Assembly (NCBI GenBank): GCA_040905425.1
Contig: JBBDRO010000070.1
Location: 1-26,460, forward strand
Reading direction: 5' to 3'
Length of the DNA stretch: 26,460 nucleotides
Origin: Gemmatimonadota bacterium
GTDB lineage: Bacteria > Gemmatimonadota > Gemmatimonadetes > Longimicrobiales > RSA9
Every line of letters begins with the position of its first letter. Position 1 is the stretch's first letter. The notes beneath the pieces were generated by a model that was not told the DNA's origin, ran no database searches, and saw nothing but the letters and a program-made list of their open reading frames with translations. Positions 1 to 8,037 of this stretch are shown piece after piece. Made by a program: the position numbers and the translations under genes.

Positions 1-144
1 TGTCCACGACTTCGGTGTCCGCCTCCGCCGCGGCGCTGTCCACGACTTCGGTGTCAGCCTCCGCCGCGGCGCTCTCCACGGTGTCGATGCCAGACTCCGC
101 TTCGGCGCCCTCCTCCGCGTCGGCGTCAGGCTGCGTCCCGGCGC
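1..144. repeat. 36-bp tandem repeat encoding a 12-aa acidic unit (SAAAEADTEVVD)
   Basis: 1-36 and 37-72 differ at one base; 73-108 and 109-144 are progressively degenerate copies. Confidence 0.85.
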
Positions 145-475
145 CGTCCTCCGCCGCGGCTGATACCGCCTCGGCCATGCTGCCCGCCACGTAACGCTGG
201 CCGGGGTGCTTGGGCTGATCGGGATAGAGGAAGGACAGGGTGCCGGAGCCCACCAGCGGCCGGATCGCGTCCCCCACGTACGCTTCACTCCGATTCAGGA
301 GCGCAGCCAGTTCCTTTACGGAGAGTGGTGCCCGCTGGCACAGCTCCGCCACGAGCGCGGTGAAGATCTCGGGGTCGAGTCTCCGCCGCTCCCTCGCGGG
401 CCGCGCCACACGCTGCAGCTCTGGCCAGATGAGCGCCAGATTGTAGTCGGTTCCGTCCAAGAGCGTTTGTTCCAT
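1..475 (-). CDS. Partial gene (runs off left edge): N-terminal winged-helix domain resembling the Fic/RecG-C terminal wHTH, followed by acidic Ala-rich repeats
   Basis: Not in the ORF track. Manual translation from ATG at 475: MEQTLLDGTDYNLALIWPELQRVARPARERRRLDPEIFTALVAELCQRAPLSVKELAALLNRSEAYVGDAIRPLVGSGTLSFLYPDQPKHPGQRY..., open to base 1. LSVKELAALLNRS is HTH-like and YPDQPKHPGQRY resembles the Fic-like_C wing motif. Confidence 0.75.
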   Translation of the reverse strand, partial: MEQTLLDGTDYNLALIWPELQRVARPARERRRLDPEIFTALVAELCQRAPLSVKELAALLNRSEAYVGDAIRPLVGSGTLSFLYPDQPKHPGQRYVAGSMAEAVSAAAEDGAGTQPDADAEEGAEAESGIDTVESAAAEADTEVVDSAAAEADTEVVD

Positions 476-678
476 GGCTCAGGTTCGAACGATACACTTC
501 AAACCTACACGCAGCCAGGCCTCCCCGCGTGGCTTCGCGCATTACGAAATCGCAATGGGGAGGCATTGTGACCGAACGATGGTCGCGCATCCGCCCAGTC
601 CACACGACGAGATGACGGGGGCGCAGCGCCTTGTGACGGCTGCGGATTCCCGCACGCTCATGGGAATCCCGACACGGA

Positions 679-724
679 TCGCGGTGTTCCCCCGATGGCG
701 CCGAACGCGGTTCGGTAGCAATGT
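679..724 (+). promoter_or_regulatory. Candidate activator box plus weak sigma70 promoter of usp
   Basis: Imperfect palindrome TCGCGGTGTTCCCCCGA (679-695) abuts TGGCGC(696-701)-17bp-CAATGT(719-724). Confidence 0.35.
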
Positions 725-783
725 TGCGTGGAGGCCGGGCAGTCGACACGCGTGCCCCGCAGCCCACGATCCGGAGGCAGACC

Positions 784-1722
784 ATGCATGGTTCGGTCCT
801 GGTGCCGCTCGACGGTTCACCGTTCAGCGAGCAGGCATTGCCGCTCGCGGCTGATCTGGCGCGTGCCCGCCGGGTCCCGTTGCACCTGGTGCATGTTCAT
901 ACGCCGGTGCTCGGGGCCAGCGTGCCCGAGGCTTTCCCTGTGGTGGATCCCACCGTGGACACGGATGCCCGGGCGCGCGAGGAGGATCACCTGCGGCGGC
1001 TGGCGGAGCGCATGCAGGAGCGGGCTGGGGTGGTGGTGGACGCCACGGTCCTGGACGGGCCGGTAGTGAGTGTGCTCAACGACTTCGCGGTAGAAGCGGC
1101 AGCCGGCCTGGTGGTCATGACCACGCACGGCCGCAGCGGACTGGGTCGCGCCTGGCTCGGCAGCGTGGCCGACGGCCTGCTGCGCGCCAGCCATCGCCCG
1201 CTATTGCTGCTGCGCCCCGTGGAGGGCAAGCCGCTCGTGGATCAACTGACGCAGATCCGTCACGTCATGGTCCCGCTGGATGGATCGCCCCTGGGGGAGG
1301 CGGCCATAACCGAGGCCGTGACGCTGTCCGGACTGGTCGGGGCACGGATCACGCTGGTCCGTATCATACCACCGGTGCCCTTCCCCGATGCAGCCGCGTT
1401 CGGCGGCGTGCCCACGGACCCGACGGTGGTGGACGCCCAGCGGACGGAAGCCGCGCGCTATCTGGATGACTTGGCCACCTCGCTTCGTCCTGAGGGGGTG
1501 AGCGTGGCCACTGCGGTGAGCGTGTCATGGTCACCCGCGGCGGGCATCCTGGAACTGGCCCGCAACGCGAAAGCGGATCTGATCGCCATGGCCACGCACG
1601 GGCGCGGCGGCTGGCAGCGCGTGGCACTCGGCAGTGTGGCCGACAAGGTGGTGCGCGGGGGGCACACCCCCACGCTGGTGCTGCGGCCCGAACAGAAAGA
1701 GGAGGAGGACCGGCCGGCCTGA
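784..1722 (+). CDS. Universal stress protein with two USP domains
   Basis: Two VPLDGS starts and two M(T/A)THGRxG...LGSVAD ATP-binding motifs; GGAGG precedes ATG 784. Confidence 0.95.
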   Translation: MHGSVLVPLDGSPFSEQALPLAADLARARRVPLHLVHVHTPVLGASVPEAFPVVDPTVDTDARAREEDHLRRLAERMQERAGVVVDATVLDGPVVSVLNDFAVEAAAGLVVMTTHGRSGLGRAWLGSVADGLLRASHRPLLLLRPVEGKPLVDQLTQIRHVMVPLDGSPLGEAAITEAVTLSGLVGARITLVRIIPPVPFPDAAAFGGVPTDPTVVDAQRTEAARYLDDLATSLRPEGVSVATAVSVSWSPAAGILELARNAKADLIAMATHGRGGWQRVALGSVADKVVRGGHTPTLVLRPEQKEEEDRPA

Positions 1723-1732
1723 GCCTGGCGGA

Positions 1733-3598
1733 TCACGATGCGGCGGATGATCCCGATTGCTGCGCGTCCTCGGGCGGAGGCGCCGTGGGCACGGTGAAGG
1801 TGAAGGTGCTTCCCTGGCCCAGCTGGCTCTCCACCCATACGGAGCCGCCGTGTGACTCCACGATCCCCTTCACGATGGAGAGGCCCAGACCCGCGCTTCC
1901 GCGCCGGGAGCGCCCCGCCTGCCAGTAGCGCTCAAAGAGAAACGGCCGCTCCTCATCCGCGATGCCCCGGCCGGTGTCCGCCACGGCCAGCCGCAGCTCC
2001 TGACCTTCCACATGGCCACGCAGTGTGATGGTGCCGCCCGCGGGTGTGAACTTGATGGCGTTGCCCAACAAGTTGGAGAGTACCTGCAGGAGCCGATCAC
2101 GATCCGCCCAGGCGGTACGGTCGGTCACGACGGGCTCGACGCTCAGCTCGATGCCATGTTCCTCCGCCAGCGGGCGCGCCAGCTCCGCCGCTTCCCGGAG
2201 GAGCGCCCCCGGATCCAGACGCTCCTTGTCCAGCCGCACCTCTCCCGCCTCCAGGCGCTTGGCCTCGAGCAGGTCATTGATCAGACGTTCCATCTGCTCG
2301 GCGGACTGGCGGATTCCCTCCAGGTGCGCCCACGCGCCGCTGCCCCGCTCCTCCGCGGGGACCCTGCGCAGGAGCAGGCTGGTGCCGATGCGGATGGCGG
2401 TGAGCGGCTGGCCCAGGTCGTGGGACACGATGGCCAGGACGTCATCCCGCGCGGCCAGCGCCTGCCTGGACTCCTCGTAGAGACGCGCGTTGTCCAGCGC
2501 CAACGCCGCGCGGCGTCCAAGTTCCTCCACCAGCACCATGTCATCCTCGTCAAAGCGCCGATCGCCCGACGAGTACATGCCGATGGCGCCCAGCGTACGG
2601 CCCCGGGCCACCAGTGGAACGATCACCGCCGAGTGGATTCCGGCGGCGGTCAGCATACGCAGGTACGCCTCTTCGGGAACCGAATCCTCCAGGAGTTGGG
2701 GCGGCACCTCGCGGATGAGCTCGGAGGCGGCCGACGCGATGACGCGCAGGACCGGGTTCGGGCCCGAGGGGTCCAGCGGCGTGCGTAGCAGACCCCGGAG
2801 CATGGCTTCGCGTACCGGGTCCGCATGGGCAATCTCGAGCCTGCGCACGCCACCGTGCTCATCCACGACGTAGATCGTGCACCAGTCCGCCAGCTCCGGA
2901 ATCATCACCCGCGTGATGGTCTGCAGCGTGGTCTCCGAATCCAGGGAGGCGGCCAGCCGGGCGCCGGCGCGTGCCAGGATGCGCTGGCCTTCCTCCGCCC
3001 GCCGCCGGAGTGAGATGTCTCGCAGCAGCACGGTGAAGAGCAGCCCATCCTCCAGTTCCACCCTGGAGATGGATGCCTCGGCGGGGAACTCCGTGCCGTC
3101 GCGCCGCAGCCCTGCGATCTCCTGGCGCTCCCCCATGCGGCGCGCGGCCTGGGGAGCGGCGGCAAAGCGGCGCAGGTGCTCCCCATGGCCACCCCGGTAG
3201 CGTTCCGGCAGGAGCTTCTGGAGCGGCTGGCCGCGCATCTCCTCGGCGGTCCAGCCGAAGATGTCCTCCGCGCCCTTGTTGAAGTACACAATGCGCTGCT
3301 CCTGATCCACCGAAATGATGGCGTCGGAGGCAATCTGCACGATCATGCGAAAGCGGGCGTCCGAGGAGGCGGCGCGCGCCACGGCGTCCGCCGCGGAGCG
3401 CCGCCAGGCGCGCACGAAGACGAACCCGCCCGCCAGGGCCCCGAGCGCGGCCACGACCGCCAGGCCCACGGTCGCGGTGGTCGATTCGGCCCTGCCGGCA
3501 AGGAACGCCAGCAGCACGGCGGCAAGGATCGTCAGGGACAGCACCACGGTCTGGAGCGGCCCTGGATCCGTCGTGACCGGTCGGCGGTCTGGTTTCAC
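1733..3598 (-). CDS. Membrane sensor histidine kinase, 2TM-PAS-GAF-HisKA-HATPase
   Basis: PAS (DAIISVD...FN..AE..FG; RRDGTEFP), GAF, H-box SHDLGQPL, N-box QVLSNLLGNAIKF, DTGRG, GLGLSI. GTG start approximate. Confidence 0.93.
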   Translation of the reverse strand: MKPDRRPVTTDPGPLQTVVLSLTILAAVLLAFLAGRAESTTATVGLAVVAALGALAGGFVFVRAWRRSAADAVARAASSDARFRMIVQIASDAIISVDQEQRIVYFNKGAEDIFGWTAEEMRGQPLQKLLPERYRGGHGEHLRRFAAAPQAARRMGERQEIAGLRRDGTEFPAEASISRVELEDGLLFTVLLRDISLRRRAEEGQRILARAGARLAASLDSETTLQTITRVMIPELADWCTIYVVDEHGGVRRLEIAHADPVREAMLRGLLRTPLDPSGPNPVLRVIASAASELIREVPPQLLEDSVPEEAYLRMLTAAGIHSAVIVPLVARGRTLGAIGMYSSGDRRFDEDDMVLVEELGRRAALALDNARLYEESRQALAARDDVLAIVSHDLGQPLTAIRIGTSLLLRRVPAEERGSGAWAHLEGIRQSAEQMERLINDLLEAKRLEAGEVRLDKERLDPGALLREAAELARPLAEEHGIELSVEPVVTDRTAWADRDRLLQVLSNLLGNAIKFTPAGGTITLRGHVEGQELRLAVADTGRGIADEERPFLFERYWQAGRSRRGSAGLGLSIVKGIVESHGGSVWVESQLGQGSTFTFTVPTAPPPEDAQQSGSSAAS

Positions 3599-3688
3599 GA
3601 ATGCTGGGATAGGGGTGATGTGCGTCCTGCCGGGCGGAACGCTAGCAGACCGGCGCGGCGCTCGCCAGGTCGGGGCGCGGCTCCCGGC

Positions 3689-4849
3689 TCACGCCTCGGG
3701 CGTACCGTGGCGCCGCCACACGGGGACTTCGACGCGGACCATGGTCCCACTGTTCGGCTGGCTGTCGATGCTCACGCGGCCGCCCACATAGGCGGCGCGC
3801 TCCTGCATGCCGAAAAGGCCGAGCCCGCCGCCCTCGGCGGAGATGATATTGTCCACGTCGAAGCCTTTGCCGTCATCCTCCACGGTGGCCACCACCATGC
3901 CGTCCACGCGGCGAACGCGCACCGTGGCGTGGGTGGCGTCGGCGTGCCGCACCACGTTGGACAGCGCCTCCTGCACGATGCGGTAGAGCGCCAGCTCCTC
4001 CTCCTTGGAGAGGGCGGCGTTGCCCAGCGTCTGGCCCTGAACGGTCACGGGCAGGCCGGCGCCCTCCGTCATGGTGCGGGCGTAGGACTCTATGGCGGGG
4101 ACCAGCCCCAGTTCGTCCAGCGCGGGTGGGCGCAGGCCCCGGGCGTACCGGCGGATACCCTCCAGTGTGCCCGCGATCTCCTGGCGCACGTCCTCCATGA
4201 GGGTGTCCAGCGGCACGATCTCGGAGCCCGTGCGCGCGATGCGCAGACGGATGAGGATGGCGGCCAGGGACTGTGCCGTGTCATCGTGCAGTTCCCTGGC
4301 AATGCGCTTCCGCTCCTCCTCCTCGGCATTCAGCGCCCGCGCCGCGATCTCGCGCAGGCGGTGACGGTAGGCGCTCAGCCCGTCGAGCATGGCGTTGAAC
4401 AGCCCGATGAGCTGCTCCGTGGGCCGGTCCGCCAGCGGGGATACGGGTGCCCGTGCGTCCCAGTCGCCGTCCTGCACCCGCCGGGCGGCTTCCTCGAGCT
4501 GGGAGAGCGGCACCAGCGCCAGGTGAACGATGAGCCCGTTCACCAGCGCCGTGAGGGCCAGCGCCGCGATGACCACCGAGAGGAACCCCCCCGTAGCGTC
4601 CTCCAGGGCCCCGCGCTGTGCCGCCGGCACCGCCACGGCCAGAGCCAGCGCCACGAGCACCATGTTGGCCAGGACGATCTTCCAGAAGAGCGGTACGCGG
4701 AGGATGGCACCCAGCGCCGTCCATCCCTCGGCCGGATGCGCGTGTGGCTGCTCGAGGCGCACGTCGGGCGGCCGGGGCTGCGAGCCTCTCCCGGTCTCCG
4801 ACCCCACCGGGCGGTCCTCTTCAGCCGGCAGGCCATGCAAGGTTCTCAT
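3689..4849 (-). CDS. NarX/UhpB-type histidine kinase, 2TM-HAMP-HisKA_3-HATPase
   Basis: EEERKRIARELHDDTAQ, LRPPALDELGL, QEALSNVVRHA, DDGKGF, GLFGMQER. Confidence 0.95.
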   Translation of the reverse strand: MRTLHGLPAEEDRPVGSETGRGSQPRPPDVRLEQPHAHPAEGWTALGAILRVPLFWKIVLANMVLVALALAVAVPAAQRGALEDATGGFLSVVIAALALTALVNGLIVHLALVPLSQLEEAARRVQDGDWDARAPVSPLADRPTEQLIGLFNAMLDGLSAYRHRLREIAARALNAEEEERKRIARELHDDTAQSLAAILIRLRIARTGSEIVPLDTLMEDVRQEIAGTLEGIRRYARGLRPPALDELGLVPAIESYARTMTEGAGLPVTVQGQTLGNAALSKEEELALYRIVQEALSNVVRHADATHATVRVRRVDGMVVATVEDDGKGFDVDNIISAEGGGLGLFGMQERAAYVGGRVSIDSQPNSGTMVRVEVPVWRRHGTPEA

Positions 4850-4850
4850 C

Positions 4851-5345
4851 TCACCCTCCCCGTGCCAGGCGCACGGCGGCGATCACCACGATCAGGCCCA
4901 GGAACGCATTGGCGCGTGCCAGCAGGGCCGCTCGCCGGCGCATGCGCGTGGCGGCCGGCGTACCGGGTGCCACCCGGGAGGCCGCCGGGCCGTGGACGAA
5001 GTCATGGATGCCCTGGAAAAGGAGCATCAGCGTGACGGCCACGAGCTTCCACGCCAGCGCCGTGCCCCACGGCGTGCTCCAGAACGCGCCCGAGCTCAGC
5101 ACGTCCCAGCTCAGGAACCCCCGGAACCAGAGGTTCAGCGTGCCCGTCACCACCAGCACGCCGATGGCTACCCACCCCGCGGTGCGAAAGCCCGTGCCCA
5201 ACCGGCGGAAGAGTTCCGCCCTCAGCTCCGGCGGCTCCACGGTGCGCAGTACCGGTGCGCCCACCACGGCCAGGAAGAACATCCCCCCCAGCCAGAACAG
5301 GGCGGCCAGCATGTGGATCGTGACGTTCAGAAAATAGGCAGACAT
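4851..5345 (-). CDS. CopD/DUF4149-like 4-TM membrane protein
   Basis: HMLAALFWLGGMFF N-terminal motif, four hydrophobic helices, KL..V...HDF; ATG 5345 has GGAG upstream. Confidence 0.8.
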   Translation of the reverse strand: MSAYFLNVTIHMLAALFWLGGMFFLAVVGAPVLRTVEPPELRAELFRRLGTGFRTAGWVAIGVLVVTGTLNLWFRGFLSWDVLSSGAFWSTPWGTALAWKLVAVTLMLLFQGIHDFVHGPAASRVAPGTPAATRMRRRAALLARANAFLGLIVVIAAVRLARGG

Positions 5346-5396
5346 GGATGCTCCGCTGCGGCCGGAAGGCCCCGGAAGTAGACGCAAAGACCCACC

Positions 5397-5442
5397 AGCA
5401 TAGCATGCAGGCGGGCCGCGGTCAGTCGGGAAAGAGCCCCGG
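5397..5442 (-). promoter_or_regulatory. Candidate sigma70 promoter of the copD-like/kinase pair with upstream palindromic box
   Basis: Minus strand: CCGGGGCTCTTTCCCGA (5442-5426), then CTGACC(5425-5420)-17bp-TATGCT(5402-5397) with extended TGn. Confidence 0.5.
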
Positions 5443-5472
5443 CGTAGGAGGGGAAACCTTCGGGTCGGAGCG

Positions 5473-6129
5473 CTACTCGGCCTCCAGGAGCCCTGTCTGG
5501 AGGGCGAATCGTACCAGTTCCGAGCGGTGATTGAGCTTCAGCTTCTCCATGATACGGGACCGGTAGGTGTCCACCGTCTTCGGGGAGATGAACAGCTTCT
5601 CACCGATCTCGCGACTGGTGAAGCCCTCTGCCGTGAGCCCCAGGACATCACGCTCCCGCTCCGTGAGCTTCTCCAGCGGATCGTCCTCACTCGGCTCCCC
5701 CCGCACGCGGAAGCCCTGCAACAGCAGCTTGGCGGCGCTCGGGTAGAGGAAGACCTCATCGCGCGAGACGGCCCGGATGGCTCGCGTGAGGTCCTCGTCC
5801 GCGTTGGTCTTGCGCACGTAGCCGCTGCCGCCCGCCTCCAGGACCGCCAGGAGGTACTCTTCCTCGGCGTGCATGGTGAGGACCAGGGTCTTGATGCCCT
5901 TCTGCAGCGCCGCGATCTGGCGGGTGGCTTCCAGCCCGCCCATACCGGGCATGGAAAGGTCCATCACGACCAGGTCGGGGATCAGCTTCTCGGCACGTTC
6001 CACGCCCTCCTCTCCGGTGCTGGCCTCGCCGACGACTTCCATGTCATCCTCGGCGTCCAGGAGCGCGCGCAGACCCGCGCGCAGCAGCGCGTGGTCGTCC
6101 ACCAGCAGGATCTTGATGGGTTTTGCCAT
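5473..6129 (-). CDS. NarL/NreC-type (LuxR family) response regulator
   Basis: LLVDDH, phosphoacceptor MDLSMP, LTMH, LuxR HTH LTERERDVL...ISPKTVDTYRSRIMEKL. Confidence 0.96.
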   Translation of the reverse strand: MAKPIKILLVDDHALLRAGLRALLDAEDDMEVVGEASTGEEGVERAEKLIPDLVVMDLSMPGMGGLEATRQIAALQKGIKTLVLTMHAEEEYLLAVLEAGGSGYVRKTNADEDLTRAIRAVSRDEVFLYPSAAKLLLQGFRVRGEPSEDDPLEKLTERERDVLGLTAEGFTSREIGEKLFISPKTVDTYRSRIMEKLKLNHRSELVRFALQTGLLEAE

Positions 6130-6245
6130 GGCCCAATGCTCTCATGGCGGATGGCGAACGTCAAGAGTGAGGCCCCGGCGGCGGGGATGCCAGGACGGGT
6201 GGAAGCGCCGGAAGGTGATGGGGGACGTCGCTTGCTCGACGATCC

Positions 6246-7991
6246 TTAAGGGACCGCCGCACGCGCCGCATGCGCGCCGTGCCAGAGGCCCGTGAAGAAG
6301 GCGCGCGCGTGGCCGCCGAGCGTGCGGGTCCGGTAGCCGCCCTCCTGCACCACCAGCGTGGGCAGGCCGAGCGCGCCGATGGCCTCCCCATTGGCGCGAA
6401 AGTCCGCGCGCTCCAGCGACCACGTGCCCGTGGGGTCGGCGCGCGCCGGATCCAGGCCGAGCGCCACCACCAGGAAGCGTGGCGCGAACTCCCGTACGGC
6501 CCCCAGGGCCTGGCGCAGCTCCCGCAGATAACGGCTGCCGTCCACGTGCTCCGGCAGCGGGAGATTCAGGTTGCACCCCGCGCCCGAGCCGCTGCCGCGC
6601 TCGTCCCGGAAGCCGCTGAAGTAGGGGTACGCAAAGGCCGGATTGCCGTGGATCGAGACGGTGAAGACGTCATCCCGAGTCCAGAAGATATCCTGCTGCC
6701 CATTGCCGTGATGATAGTCCACGTCCAGCACGGCCACGGGGCCGTGCGCCGCGAGCGCGTGGGCCGCCACCGCCGCCGAATTGAAGTAGCAGAAGCCGCC
6801 GAAGGCGCGCCGCTCCGCGTGGTGCCCCGGCGGGCGCACCAGCGCGTAGGCCAGCCACGCGCCCGCCAGCACGCGGTCGGCCGCCGTGAGGGCGCAGTCC
6901 ACGGCCCCGCGCGCCGCCGCGAAGGCGTTGCCGTTCAGCGGCGTGAAGGTATCGATGCAGTAGTAGCCCGCCTGGATGGCCAGATCCCGCGGCGGCCTGG
7001 CCGCGTTGCGGATGGGGAAGACGTACGGGTAGACGGAATCCGCCGCCGCCAGGCCCTGGCACACCCGCTTCAGGTAACGCACGTAGGCCGGATCGTGCAC
7101 GGCCGTGATGGCGCTCTCCGGGTAGCGCGCCGCCGGCAGACGCTGAAAGAGACCGCTGGCGTCCAGGCTCCGCAGAATGGCGGAAATGCGCACCGGCGCC
7201 TCCACGTAGCCCCGCTCCTTTACGTGGTGAATGGCGTGGCCCTCGTTGACCACCAGGGCAATGGGGCGGGCCGGCGCCTCCACCGGCACCTCCTCCTTAC
7301 GCGTGTAGCGTGGCTCCCGCAGGCGGACGGGATCGTCGCTGATCGATGCCACCACGCGCTGCACGTATTCGGGAGGGCAGACACCCGCGTAGCGGCGTTC
7401 CAGAATGGCCCGCACGATGGCGCGCGCCGTGGCGCGCGGGAGCGGCCTGTCCAGTCCCAGATCGTCGAACAGCAGGTAGGGCGGATTGCTGTCCCCCGGG
7501 CGGAGCGGCGTCTCGTAGGCCGTATTGGCCAGCGGCCGCACCCCGAAGCGCTCGTAGAAGCGCAGCCGGGCGGCGTTCTGACGCCGGGTGTCGGGGTCGG
7601 GTGAGAGGGCGGGGTCATCCGGGAGTGATTCCATGAAGATGCCCACGCAGTCGAGTGCGCGTGCCTCCGCGCGCACCTGCTGGTACAGGGCGCCCCCCAC
7701 GCCGCCGCCGGTCCCGCCGCGGACCGCGGAGATGAAGTCCAGGTAACAGAAGCGCAGATCCGCGGCGTGGCGCAGCAGGGCAAAGCCGCGCACCGTCCCC
7801 TGCCCGTCATCCGCCGCGAAGAGGATGGTGCGGAATTGGGCGGCCAGCGGGTTGCGCAACTGGTCGGGGAGCGCCGCCACGGTCTCCTCCGGCAGCCCCG
7901 GAAACTGCGTGCGCAGGATGTCACGCACCTGGGCCAGGACGGCACGGTCGCGCGGGTGCACGTCATCGTAGATGCGGCGGATGCGGATCAT
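6246..7991 (-). CDS. GNAT acetyltransferase domain fused to Zn-dependent HDAC/acetylpolyamine amidohydrolase domain
   Basis: N-terminal YLDFISAVRGGTGGGVGGALY (acetyl-CoA motif A) and RFYERFG; C-terminal RPPGHHA, GFCYFN, DVDYHHGNG, LGLD, QEGGY. Confidence 0.9.
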   Translation of the reverse strand: MIRIRRIYDDVHPRDRAVLAQVRDILRTQFPGLPEETVAALPDQLRNPLAAQFRTILFAADDGQGTVRGFALLRHAADLRFCYLDFISAVRGGTGGGVGGALYQQVRAEARALDCVGIFMESLPDDPALSPDPDTRRQNAARLRFYERFGVRPLANTAYETPLRPGDSNPPYLLFDDLGLDRPLPRATARAIVRAILERRYAGVCPPEYVQRVVASISDDPVRLREPRYTRKEEVPVEAPARPIALVVNEGHAIHHVKERGYVEAPVRISAILRSLDASGLFQRLPAARYPESAITAVHDPAYVRYLKRVCQGLAAADSVYPYVFPIRNAARPPRDLAIQAGYYCIDTFTPLNGNAFAAARGAVDCALTAADRVLAGAWLAYALVRPPGHHAERRAFGGFCYFNSAAVAAHALAAHGPVAVLDVDYHHGNGQQDIFWTRDDVFTVSIHGNPAFAYPYFSGFRDERGSGSGAGCNLNLPLPEHVDGSRYLRELRQALGAVREFAPRFLVVALGLDPARADPTGTWSLERADFRANGEAIGALGLPTLVVQEGGYRTRTLGGHARAFFTGLWHGAHAARAAVP

Positions 7992-8037
7992 GGCTGAATC
8001 TGGCGGCGGAAATCATGCCTGGCTAGAATCGGCGGAC

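Noticed and set aside
519..564. Hairpin GCCTCCCC...GGGGAGGC in the divergent promoter region
   Set aside because: Single 8-bp GC stem without U-tract or recognisable motif; could be chance.
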